DNA from: Alphaproteobacteria bacterium
GTDB lineage: Bacteria > Pseudomonadota > Alphaproteobacteria > SP197
Assembly: GCA_965228895.1 (NCBI GenBank)
Contig: OZ245842.1
Location: 800,001-864,000, forward strand
Length of the DNA: 64,000 nt
Direction of reading: 5' to 3'
A model generated the notes under the pieces. It saw only the letters and a program-made list of their open reading frames with translations. It was not told the origin of the DNA and ran no database searches. Made by a program: the position numbers and the translations under genes. Every line of letters begins with the position of its first letter. Position 1 is the stretch's first letter. Below are positions 1-8,389 of the stretch, piece by piece.

Positions 1-70
1 GCAGCACGGCGCTGTCGGCATCGGCCAGACGCTGAGCGAAGGTCACGAGTTCGGGCGGGACGGTTTCCAT
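1..70 (-). CDS. 5' end of a gene running off the window; possibly inositol monophosphatase/histidinol-phosphatase family
   Basis: Reverse strand from ATG at 70 reads METVPPELVTFAQRLADADSAVL; 'FAxRLADA' resembles IMPase/HisN N-termini. Only 23 codons are visible. Confidence 0.35.
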   Translation of the reverse strand, partial: METVPPELVTFAQRLADADSAVL

Positions 71-183
71 GGCGCGCGGACCATGCCGCCCGCTTGCCGA
101 CTTGGCAACCTTGTGTGGTATATCCGGGTACATCGCGGTATGAGGCCGCTGGTGGAATTCCGGGCCAGAAAGGGGAAGGCGCC

Positions 184-942
184 ATGGCGTTGAAAGCGGT
201 CAGTTTCGACCTTTGGGACACGGTGATTCACGACGATTCCGACGAGCCCAAGCGCGCGGCCATGGGGCTGAAGAGCAAGGTCGACGAGCGCCGTCACCTG
301 GTTGCCGATGCGCTTGAGCGTGCCGGCAACGCGGTCGACCTCAAGGCGGTTTCGGATGCCTATGACAAGGCCGACGAGGCCTTCAACAAGGCGTGGAAGG
401 GCGACCACATCACATGGCCCATACGCCAGCGCCTGGAACTCGTGCTGTCCAATCTTGGCCATTCGCTGACCGACGACCTGATGAACGAGGTCGTGAAGGC
501 GCATGAGCAGATGGAACTCGTCATCAAACCGGACCCCGTGCACGGGGTTGTCGACGCGGTTCGTGATCTCGCCGGGCGCTACCAGCTCTGTGTCGTGTCC
601 GATGCCATCGTTTCGCCGGGAAAGGCGCTGCGCCAAATTTTGCACAGTTATGGCGTCGACCGTTTCTTTGACTCCTATGCCTTCTCAGACGAAATCGGCC
701 ACTCCAAGCCGCACAAGGACATGTTCCAGCATGTCGCCGACGAGTTGGGCGTCACGTTCGAGGAAATGGTGCATGTCGGCGACCGCGACCACAACGATGT
801 CAAAGGGCCGCAGGCGCTCGGTATGAAGGCTATTCTGTTCACCGCGACCCGCGATGCCGACAAGGAGGCGACGTCGGCCGACGCGATCTGCGAACGCCAC
901 GGCGACCTGCCTGGCATCGTGGACCGCCTGGCGGCCGAGTAG
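184..942 (+). CDS. HAD-superfamily hydrolase
   Basis: Motif I FDLWDT, KP (SKPH), motif IV HVGDRDHNDVKG; start taken at ATG 184 after GGGGAAGG. Confidence 0.88.
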   Translation: MALKAVSFDLWDTVIHDDSDEPKRAAMGLKSKVDERRHLVADALERAGNAVDLKAVSDAYDKADEAFNKAWKGDHITWPIRQRLELVLSNLGHSLTDDLMNEVVKAHEQMELVIKPDPVHGVVDAVRDLAGRYQLCVVSDAIVSPGKALRQILHSYGVDRFFDSYAFSDEIGHSKPHKDMFQHVADELGVTFEEMVHVGDRDHNDVKGPQALGMKAILFTATRDADKEATSADAICERHGDLPGIVDRLAAE

Positions 943-951
943 GGGGTGGCC

Positions 952-1812
952 ATGGCCGACGACATTCGATTTCTGGTCATCGACGGCTACGCCAAGGACA
1001 GCCGCGACGAATTGGCCGCCGGTGGTTGCTCGGTGGCCGGCGAACTCTATGCCCGGCTTCTGAAGAAGCACCTGCCGGGCTCCCATGTCGACATCCTCTA
1101 TCCGTCCGACCCCGGCGCCGGCCTGCCCGAGGGCACGGGTCTGGAAGACTATGACGGCATCGCCTGGACCGGATGCAATCTGACGGCCTATGAGGAAGAG
1201 CCGAGGGTCGTCTCGCAGATTGACCTATCAAAACGGATCTTTGAGATCGGCACACCCAGCTTCGGCAGTTGCTGGGCGGCCCAGATCGCCGTGGCGGCGG
1301 CCGGCGGCATCGTGCGCGCCAGTCCCTATGGCCGCGAAATGGGCATCGGGCGGAAGATCAGCCTGACGCCGGAAGGTCGCGGCCACCCGATGTACGCCGG
1401 TAAACCGACCGTGTTCGACGCCTTCATCAGCCATGTCGATGAGGTGACCCATCTGCCGCCCGGCTCCCAGGTGCTGGCCGGCAACAACTTTTCGGCCGTG
1501 CAGTCGGTTTGCGTCACCTACAAGCGCGGCACATTCTGGGCGCCGCAATACCATATCGAATACGACCTGCACGAAATGGCGCGGCTGATCGCGTGTCGCA
1601 AAGACAAGCTCATGAAGCTCGGCTTCTTTCGCGATGGCGATCAATGCGATGCCTATGTCGCCCAGCTCGAAGCGCTGCATCAGGATCCCACGCGGTTCGA
1701 CATCGCCTGGGCGCTCGGCATCGACGACGATGTCATGCGCGAGGAGGTCCGCGAGCGGGAGCTGACCAATTGGATGGAACAACAGGTCTTGCCGAGAGCG
1801 GGTCGTCGTTAA
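952..1812 (+). CDS. Type 1 glutamine amidotransferase (GMP-synthase-like GATase domain)
   Basis: Nucleophile elbow GSCWAAQ and QYHIEY His-x-Glu; directly follows the HAD gene. Confidence 0.85.
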   Translation: MADDIRFLVIDGYAKDSRDELAAGGCSVAGELYARLLKKHLPGSHVDILYPSDPGAGLPEGTGLEDYDGIAWTGCNLTAYEEEPRVVSQIDLSKRIFEIGTPSFGSCWAAQIAVAAAGGIVRASPYGREMGIGRKISLTPEGRGHPMYAGKPTVFDAFISHVDEVTHLPPGSQVLAGNNFSAVQSVCVTYKRGTFWAPQYHIEYDLHEMARLIACRKDKLMKLGFFRDGDQCDAYVAQLEALHQDPTRFDIAWALGIDDDVMREEVRERELTNWMEQQVLPRAGRR

Positions 1813-1857
1813 GTGGAACCGTTTGACGGTTCCACTTAACGACGTGAATCCGCTCTC
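1794..1857. repeat. 64-bp palindromic extragenic element, copy 1 (overlaps the GATase stop codon)
   Basis: GAGAGCGG-GT-[CGTCGTTAAGTGGAACCGT TTG ACGGTTCCACTTAACGACG]-TGAAT-CCGCTCTC; 19-bp perfect inner inverted repeat plus 8-bp terminal inverted repeat. Confidence 0.85.
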
Positions 1858-1867
1858 CAGTTGCAAG

Positions 1868-1931
1868 TAGAGCAGATTCACCTGATATGATGGCATCGCA
1901 ATGCGATACCTTCATATCAGGATCTGCTCTA
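1868..1931. repeat. 64-bp palindromic extragenic element, copy 2 (inverted relative to copy 1)
   Basis: TAGAGCAG-ATTCA-[CCTGATATGATGGCATCGCA A TGCGATACCTTCATATCAGG]-AT-CTGCTCTA; same length and geometry as copy 1. Confidence 0.85.
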
Positions 1932-1941
1932 GGGTGCGCCG

Positions 1942-3177
1942 ATGATGATTCGGCTCGCCGCTCTAGTCTTCTTGCTGGCGGCGCCCGCCGCCGCGCAGAC
2001 GGACCTGTCGGGGCCGAACGAGCCGGTCGGTTACAAGTTTCTGATCACGCCGGAAGACCTGCCGCCTGCTTTTGCGACAGAGAGCTACTCTAACAGTGGC
2101 GAGTTGAACAAGCGGCCCGATCCCCCGGTGTTGAACGTGCCGGACGGTTTTGACGTCAATATCTTCGCCGAAGACCTCGATCACCCGCGTTGGATGACGA
2201 TTGCGCCCAATGGCGACGTCTTCCTGGCGCAGACGCGGCCCGGCAGGATCACGGTGCTGCGCGATACCGACGGCGATGGTACCGCCGATGAAACCTTCAC
2301 CTATCTGCGCGGGCTTGAAGCGCCGACAGGCATGGCCTTCCGCGACGGTTACTTCTATGTCGCCGATCTGGAGGCGGTGTGGCGGGTCCCCTACGAGGAC
2401 GGCGACACCGCGGCGCGCCAGGGGCCGGTGCCGATTACCGGTCAGGGGGCGTTGGGCGACCCCGACGGCCATTGGACGCGGACTTTGGTATTCGAGCCGG
2501 ACAGCGAGACGTTCTACGTTGCCATCGGGTCGCGCGGCAATGTCGGCATAGAACGGCTGCCGCGCGCGACGGTTCAGGTCTTTCGGGAGGGCGCGATGAC
2601 TCCTGAGACGTTCGCGTCCGGTCTCAGAAATCCGGTCGGTATCGACTTTCATCCGGACACCGGCGAGCTCTACGTCGTCGTCAACGAACGCGACGGCTAT
2701 GGCGACGACTTGGTGCCCGATTACTTCACGCGCATCCGCGAGGGCGAGTTCTTTGGCTGGCCTTATGCCTGGGCCAACGGCATTCCCGATCCGAAGTATG
2801 GTCCTGATGCGCCGGACATGGTCGAAAGGACGCTTCTGCCGGATGTCATGTTCCAGTCCCATTCCGCACCCATCGGGATGGTGTTCTATGACGGCACCAT
2901 GTTTCCCGATGCGTACACGGGCGATGCCTTCGTCGCGCTGCGCGGATCGTGGAACCGCTCGACACCCACCGGCTACAAGATCGTTCGCGTGCGCTTCGAA
3001 GACGGCCGGCCGGTGGGTGGTTATGAAAACTTCGCGACCGGCTTTTGGTTCGCTGGTGAAGAAAAGGCCGAGATTATTGGCCGACCGGCGGGGCTCGTTG
3101 TGGCGGCAGATGGCAGCCTCTTGATCGCCGACGACACGGGCAAGGCCGTCTGGCGCATCAGCTATACCGGCAGTTAA
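1942..3177 (+). CDS. Secreted PQQ-dependent sugar/sorbosone dehydrogenase family beta-propeller
   Basis: Signal peptide (AAPAAAQ); motifs GHWTR, GLRNPVG, VVNERD..GDDLVPDY, FGWPY, HSAPIG, RGSWNR, GRP. Confidence 0.85.
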   Translation: MMIRLAALVFLLAAPAAAQTDLSGPNEPVGYKFLITPEDLPPAFATESYSNSGELNKRPDPPVLNVPDGFDVNIFAEDLDHPRWMTIAPNGDVFLAQTRPGRITVLRDTDGDGTADETFTYLRGLEAPTGMAFRDGYFYVADLEAVWRVPYEDGDTAARQGPVPITGQGALGDPDGHWTRTLVFEPDSETFYVAIGSRGNVGIERLPRATVQVFREGAMTPETFASGLRNPVGIDFHPDTGELYVVVNERDGYGDDLVPDYFTRIREGEFFGWPYAWANGIPDPKYGPDAPDMVERTLLPDVMFQSHSAPIGMVFYDGTMFPDAYTGDAFVALRGSWNRSTPTGYKIVRVRFEDGRPVGGYENFATGFWFAGEEKAEIIGRPAGLVVAADGSLLIADDTGKAVWRISYTGS

Positions 3178-3236
3178 TCGACCCTGCTTGAGCCGGGGAT
3201 GCTGATCCGGCGGCTTGGGACTATCATATAAGGGTC

Positions 3237-3794
3237 ATGGCCGACCAAAAACCAGCCGGACCCGTGAATCGCCGCGTACCCGACGGTGACAACCGCGAGC
3301 GCCTGGTGTGCGATGAATGCGGTTTCGTCGCCTATTCGAACCCCAAGGTCATGGTCGGAACCGTCGCGCATTGGCAGGACCGCATCCTGCTCTGCCGCCG
3401 CGAGATCGACCCGCGGGCCGGATTCTGGACCTTGCCGGCCGGTTTCCTGGAGAATGATGAAACCACCGCCGATGGTGCACGGCGCGAGGCGCGCGAGGAA
3501 TCAGGTGCCGATATTGAGCTTGAACACGTGCTTGCGGTGTACAGCATCCCGCGCATCAGTCAGGTTCAGGTGATCTATGCCGGCAAGCTGGTTACCCCGG
3601 ACATCTACGCAGGCGATGAGACACTGGAGGTCGGCCTGTTCGCCTGGAACGACATTCCGTGGGACGATTTGGCGTTCCCGTCCGTGCGCTGGGCGCTCAA
3701 CCATTGGCGTGACGTGCGTGAGACCGGCGATACGGCCGCCCGCTCCAACCCGCCAGGCGAGACCGGCAGCTACGTCGAGGGTTCGTCGATCTAG
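3237..3794 (+). CDS. NUDIX hydrolase with N-terminal ribbon domain
   Basis: PDGDNRERLVCDECGFVAYSNP and Nudix box GFLENDETTADGARREAREESG. Confidence 0.9.
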   Translation: MADQKPAGPVNRRVPDGDNRERLVCDECGFVAYSNPKVMVGTVAHWQDRILLCRREIDPRAGFWTLPAGFLENDETTADGARREAREESGADIELEHVLAVYSIPRISQVQVIYAGKLVTPDIYAGDETLEVGLFAWNDIPWDDLAFPSVRWALNHWRDVRETGDTAARSNPPGETGSYVEGSSI

Positions 3795-3830
3795 GGAGTC
3801 TCAATTGGCCGGCACCGGCCAGCGGTAGAG

Positions 3831-4460
3831 CTAATCGACGTCCTTGGAGCTGTTGATGATGTGGGTGACGACGCCGTACTCCTTGGCTTCATCAGGCCCC
3901 ATCCAGTAATTGCGGTCGGTGTCCTTGGCGACACGCTCGATCGGCTGGCCGGTTTCCTCGGCGATGATCTGGTTAAGACGCTCGCGCATCTTGAGGATTT
4001 CCTTGGCCTCGATATCGATTTCGGTCGCCTTGCCGCCGACACCGCCCATGGGCTGGTGCAGCAGAAAGCGCGTGTTCGGGGTGCAGTAGCGGTTGTCCTT
4101 GGCGGCAGCCAGGAAGATATGCGCGCCGGCGCTGGCGACCCAGCCGGTGCCGATCACCTTCACCGGTGCGCGGACGAACTGGATCATGTCGTGGATGGCG
4201 TCACCGGACTCGACATGCCCGCCGGGCGAACTGATCACCATCTTGATCGGATCGGCGCCTTCTTCGTCCAGGGCCAGCAACTGGGCGACGGTCTCGCGCG
4301 CCATCTTTTCGTTGATCTCGCCGAACAGCAGGATCGTGCGGGCGTCGAACAGGATCTTCTGGACCGCGCGGTTCTTATCTTTCTTGCCCGACGACTTGCC
4401 GCTTTCCTTGTCGTCGTCATCGTCGTCGTCATCGTCGGCGCGGAGGTCAAAATCGATCAT
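3831..4460 (-). CDS. clpP: ATP-dependent Clp protease proteolytic subunit, Ser-His-Asn variant with acidic N-terminus
   Basis: ISSPGG, VASAG (Ser), LLHQP (His), DTDRNYWM, EAKEYG; start at ATG 4460 after GGACAGGA. Confidence 0.9.
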   Translation of the reverse strand: MIDFDLRADDDDDDDDDKESGKSSGKKDKNRAVQKILFDARTILLFGEINEKMARETVAQLLALDEEGADPIKMVISSPGGHVESGDAIHDMIQFVRAPVKVIGTGWVASAGAHIFLAAAKDNRYCTPNTRFLLHQPMGGVGGKATEIDIEAKEILKMRERLNQIIAEETGQPIERVAKDTDRNYWMGPDEAKEYGVVTHIINSSKDVD

Positions 4461-4562
4461 GATATCCTGTCCGTAGGGTAAAGGTCCGCCGGGCCCGGCA
4501 GCGGTCACTGACATAGGCAGCGGCGGCATGGAATGCAAGGCATTGCGCGGTAGAGCCCTCCA

Positions 4563-5486
4563 CTAGCCGAGGCCCATCAGGGACCTGGCAAAGTCGCGGG
4601 CGTCAAAGGGGCGCAGGTCTTCGGCGCTCTCGCCGACGCCGATCGCATGGATCGGCAGGCCGAAGCGGTCGGCCAGGCCGATAACGACACCGCCGCGCGC
4701 CGAACCGTCGAGCTTGGTCACGACCAGACCGCTGACATCGGCCATCTGGCCGAACGTCTCCGCCTGTGAGTGGGCGTTTTGGCCCGTGGTCGCGTCGAGC
4801 ACCAGGATGCGGTCATGGGGTGCATCGGGCACGAGCTTGGCGACGACCCGCAGAATTTTCTGCAGTTCGGCCATCAGCTCGTCCTTGTTATGCAGCCGAC
4901 CGGCGGTATCGATCAGCAGGATATCGGCATTGTGGGCCTGGGCACGTTGCAGAGCCTCATAGGCCAGGCCTGCGGCATCGCCGCCCTGTTTGCCGGAAAC
5001 GACCTCGGCGCCGGTCCGATCGCCCCAGATCTGAAGCTGCTCGATGGCCGCGGCGCGAAACGTGTCGCCTGCCGCCATCACGACCTTCTTGCCATCGTCG
5101 GCGAAGTGTTTGGCGAGCTTGCCGATTGTTGTCGTCTTGCCGGTGCCGTTGACGCCCATGACCAGGATGACGTGAGGACGGTTCGCGGAATCGGGCGCGA
5201 GTGGCTGCGCCAGTGGCTCCAGGATCTCCGCGATGCTGTCGGCGAGATCCTGGCGGACCTCCTCAGGGCTGACTTCCTTGTTGAAGCGTTTCTTGGCGAG
5301 GTCGGCGGTCAGTTTGGCCGAGGTGGCGACGCCGATGTCGGCGGCAATCAGGGCTTCTTCCAGTTCTTCGAGCGCATCGTCGTCAAGCCGCCGCTTGGTG
5401 AAGATCGCGCCGATGCTGTCGGTCAGCCGTCCGGACGAGCGTGACAGGCCGGCCTTCAGCCGGGAAAACCAACCGCCTTCGGCCAT
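4563..5486 (-). CDS. ftsY: Signal recognition particle receptor FtsY
   Basis: GVNGTGKTTT, DTFRAAAIEQL, DTAGRL, TKLDGSARGG. Confidence 0.97.
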   Translation of the reverse strand: MAEGGWFSRLKAGLSRSSGRLTDSIGAIFTKRRLDDDALEELEEALIAADIGVATSAKLTADLAKKRFNKEVSPEEVRQDLADSIAEILEPLAQPLAPDSANRPHVILVMGVNGTGKTTTIGKLAKHFADDGKKVVMAAGDTFRAAAIEQLQIWGDRTGAEVVSGKQGGDAAGLAYEALQRAQAHNADILLIDTAGRLHNKDELMAELQKILRVVAKLVPDAPHDRILVLDATTGQNAHSQAETFGQMADVSGLVVTKLDGSARGGVVIGLADRFGLPIHAIGVGESAEDLRPFDARDFARSLMGLG

Positions 5487-6724
5487 CAGGCGGCCTCGGC
5501 CAACAGGGTTCCGTTGTCGATCCCCGTCAGTCGGGCGGATACCAGATCACCGTCGGGGGCATCGTGGGTCAGTTGGGCTGGCGCAAACTGTTCGGTCCGT
5601 CCGGACGATGCCTGTTCGACCAGGATGGTCGCGCGTTGGCCGACACGGGATCGAAGGAAGGCGTCCTGGGCGGCTTGGCCGGCGTTGCGCAGCCGCGCCG
5701 CACGGGCCTTGCGTTCGGCCTTTTCGACCTGGGGCATCTTGGCCGCCGGCGTGCCGGGTCGCGGTGAATAGGGGAAGACGTGCAGATAGGTCAGATCGCA
5801 ATCGGCAATATGATCCAATGTCGCCTGGAACATCGTCTCGGTCTCGGTCGGGAACCCGGCAATCAGATCGGCGCCGAACACCGCATCGGGACGCAAACGC
5901 CGCACGAGGTCGCAGAACGCGACGGCCTGCTCGGGTTGGTGACGGCGCTTCATGCGCTTCAGGATCATCGGATCGCCGGCCTGGAGTGAGAGATGCAGAT
6001 GCGGCATCAAGCGCGGCTCCTCGGCGATGACCCGGTAGAGGGTCTCGTCGATCTCGGCGACATCCAGCGATGTCAGCCTGAGGCGCGGCAGGTCCGGTAC
6101 CTGATCGAGCAGCGTGCGGACGAGATAACCCAGGCTCGGCTGGCCCGGCAGGTCGCCGCCCCATCCGGTGATGTCGACACCGGTCAGGACGACCTCGCGA
6201 TAGCCGCGTTCGACGAGGGTCCGGACTTCGTTGACGACGCGGCCCGCCGGCACGCTGCGGTTGTTGCCGCGGCCGAACGGGATGATGCAGAACGTGCAGC
6301 GGTGATCACAGCCGTTCTGGATTTCGACAAAGGCGCGCACGCGATCGTTGAAACTGGGCACCAGATGGGCCGCGGTCTCGCGCACGGCCATGATGTCGGT
6401 GACGTGGATGGCCGGGCCGTCGGATTTCGCCCAGGTTTGCGGCTCCAATTTCTCGACGTTGCCGACCACCTGATCGACTTCGGGTAGGTCGGCCCAAGCT
6501 TGCGGATTGATCTGGGCGGCACAGCCGGTAACGACGATCGTGGCGTCCGGGCGTTCGCGCCGCGCCCTTCGGATCTGTTGGCGCGCCTGGCGTTCGGCCT
6601 CCGCCGTGACGGCGCAGGTGTTCACGACGATAAGGTCGTCGCGGCCGGCGGCTTCCGCGTGGCCGCGGATGACACCGGACTCATAGGTGTTCAACCGGCA
6701 GCCGAAGGTCAGGACGTCGGTCAT
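5486..6724 (-). CDS. mtaB: tRNA t6A37 methylthiotransferase MtaB
   Basis: TFGCRLN, NTCAVT, radical SAM CDHRCTFC, HVFPYSPRPGT; conserved dapF-mtaB-ftsY order. Confidence 0.93.
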   Translation of the reverse strand: MTDVLTFGCRLNTYESGVIRGHAEAAGRDDLIVVNTCAVTAEAERQARQQIRRARRERPDATIVVTGCAAQINPQAWADLPEVDQVVGNVEKLEPQTWAKSDGPAIHVTDIMAVRETAAHLVPSFNDRVRAFVEIQNGCDHRCTFCIIPFGRGNNRSVPAGRVVNEVRTLVERGYREVVLTGVDITGWGGDLPGQPSLGYLVRTLLDQVPDLPRLRLTSLDVAEIDETLYRVIAEEPRLMPHLHLSLQAGDPMILKRMKRRHQPEQAVAFCDLVRRLRPDAVFGADLIAGFPTETETMFQATLDHIADCDLTYLHVFPYSPRPGTPAAKMPQVEKAERKARAARLRNAGQAAQDAFLRSRVGQRATILVEQASSGRTEQFAPAQLTHDAPDGDLVSARLTGIDNGTLLAEAA

Positions 6725-6725
6725 C

Positions 6726-7553
6726 TCAGGCCGTCAGATGGGGCGCCATGACGCCGTTGAACGAGAAGGATACGGCGCCTGCCATCAGCACATGGCCGTC
6801 GTCTTCACGCCAGGTGATGGTCAGCGGACCGCCGTCCAACTGGATGGTGGTCTGTCGCCCGGCCAGACCGCGCCGGTTGGCCGCGACCCCTGTCGCGCAG
6901 GCTGCCGAACCGCACGCCCGGGTCTGGCCGGCCGCGCGCTCCCATACCCTGAGGCGGATTTGATCCGTGCCGGTCACTTGGGCGAAGCTGACATTGGCGC
7001 CTTCCGAGAACAGGGGATGGCGCTCCAGCGCCGCGCCGACGGCGGGGACGTCGATCGCCTCGGCGTCATCGACAAAAAAGACCATGTGCGGGTTGCCCAT
7101 GTTGACGGCGCACGCCGGGCCAGGCGCTGGTTCGCCAAGGTCGATGGCCTCGGTCCCGGTTTCGCTGGCGAGCGGTATGTCCTGCCACGACAGGTTCGCC
7201 GGACCCATATCGACGGCGATGCCCGTGTCGGTGATCCGGCATTGCAGGACGCCGGCCACGGTCTCGATCTCGGTGCTGTCGCGCCCGTCCTCATCCATCA
7301 ACAGGTGGGCGACACAGCGCGTGCCGTTACCGCAGGCTTCCGCGTCGCTGCCGTCGGGGTTCCAGATGCGCATGAAGGCGTCGGCCTTGTCGGACGGTTC
7401 GATGCGCAAAAGCTGGTCAAAGCCGATACCGGTATGGCGATCGCCGATACGCTGGATGGCGTCGCGCGACAGCTCGTGGTCATGCTTGCGCGCGTCGACA
7501 ATGACAAAGTCGTTGCCGAGCCCGTGCATCTTGATGAAGTCCACACCGCTCAT
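6726..7553 (-). CDS. dapF: Diaminopimelate epimerase
   Basis: KMHGLGNDF, NPDGS..EACGNGTRC, NMGNPH, ERAAGQTRACGS; start trimmed to ATG 7553. Confidence 0.96.
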   Translation of the reverse strand: MSGVDFIKMHGLGNDFVIVDARKHDHELSRDAIQRIGDRHTGIGFDQLLRIEPSDKADAFMRIWNPDGSDAEACGNGTRCVAHLLMDEDGRDSTEIETVAGVLQCRITDTGIAVDMGPANLSWQDIPLASETGTEAIDLGEPAPGPACAVNMGNPHMVFFVDDAEAIDVPAVGAALERHPLFSEGANVSFAQVTGTDQIRLRVWERAAGQTRACGSAACATGVAANRRGLAGRQTTIQLDGGPLTITWREDDGHVLMAGAVSFSFNGVMAPHLTA

Positions 7554-7656
7554 GGCCGGTATATAGGTGCTAGACGAGGCGAAAGTCCACCAATCGGCGC
7601 TTTTTGGGCCAAACCCGCTATAGTGCCGCCAACCGAGGAAACCAGGGGAAACTGCG

Positions 7657-8136
7657 GTGACAACGTTCGATCGATTGCCGGTTCTGGAACGCCGGCGCAT
7701 TCAAGCCGAGGTCATCAAGCCGATCTTTGAGGCCATGGTGACCCGTATCGGTGAAGATATGGCGCGCGAGATCCTGGGCGGCGCCATCAAAAAGGCCGCT
7801 ATTGACGAGGGCCGTCGGTTCGCCGAGCGCGATGGCGACGATGGTGGCGTGAAGGGCTTTGTTGCCATGCAGCACCTGTGGGAGGCCGATGGCGCGCTGG
7901 AAACCGAAGTCATCGAACAGACCGAGACGACCTATGTCTACAAGGTCAACCGGTGCCGCTACGCGGAGATGTACCGCGACATGGGTATGGCCGATATCGG
8001 CTTCCTCTTGTCATGCAACCGCGACGGCACGTTCTGTGAGGGTTACGACCCCAACCTCAAGCTCACCCGTAAGCAGACATTGATGCAGGGCGACGATCAC
8101 TGCGACTTCCACTATCGGCTTGATGAGGAGCGCTGA
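7657..8136 (+). CDS. L-2-amino-thiazoline-4-carboxylic acid hydrolase (ATC_hydrolase)-like protein
   Basis: RCRYAEMY, LSCNRD, RKQTLMQGDDHCDF cysteine pattern typical of the family. Confidence 0.75.
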   Translation: MTTFDRLPVLERRRIQAEVIKPIFEAMVTRIGEDMAREILGGAIKKAAIDEGRRFAERDGDDGGVKGFVAMQHLWEADGALETEVIEQTETTYVYKVNRCRYAEMYRDMGMADIGFLLSCNRDGTFCEGYDPNLKLTRKQTLMQGDDHCDFHYRLDEER

Positions 8137-8163
8137 GCCTGACGGGCAGCGGAGAACAGACCC

Positions 8164-8364
8164 TTGAACGATCGGCTACCTTTTTGGCAGCGTCTATTGA
8201 TCACTCTCCTGGTGATGCTGCTCAGCAGTTATGTGGCGGGCATCATTTGTCAGCTCATTTTCGGATTCGCCATTCCCAGCTACATCGCCGGCGCCATCGG
8301 CGGTCTGACAAGCCTTCCGACCTGGGATTTCCTCAAGCGAATTCGACCATCCGGCCGGGGATAG
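8164..8364 (+). CDS. Small two-helix membrane protein, function unknown
   Basis: 66 aa, two hydrophobic segments, TTG start with GGAG upstream. Confidence 0.65.
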   Translation: MNDRLPFWQRLLITLLVMLLSSYVAGIICQLIFGFAIPSYIAGAIGGLTSLPTWDFLKRIRPSGRG

Positions 8365-8389
8365 CGCGGTTACGGATAACCGGCGGTGA

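Noticed and set aside
1794-1931. Twin palindromes as a mini CRISPR array
   Set aside because: Units are inverted, diverged in sequence and lack repeat-spacer periodicity; no cas genes.
4408-4438. (TCG/TCA)n trinucleotide run as a phase-variable repeat
   Set aside because: In-frame, mixed GAC/GAT Asp codons; length change would not shift the frame.
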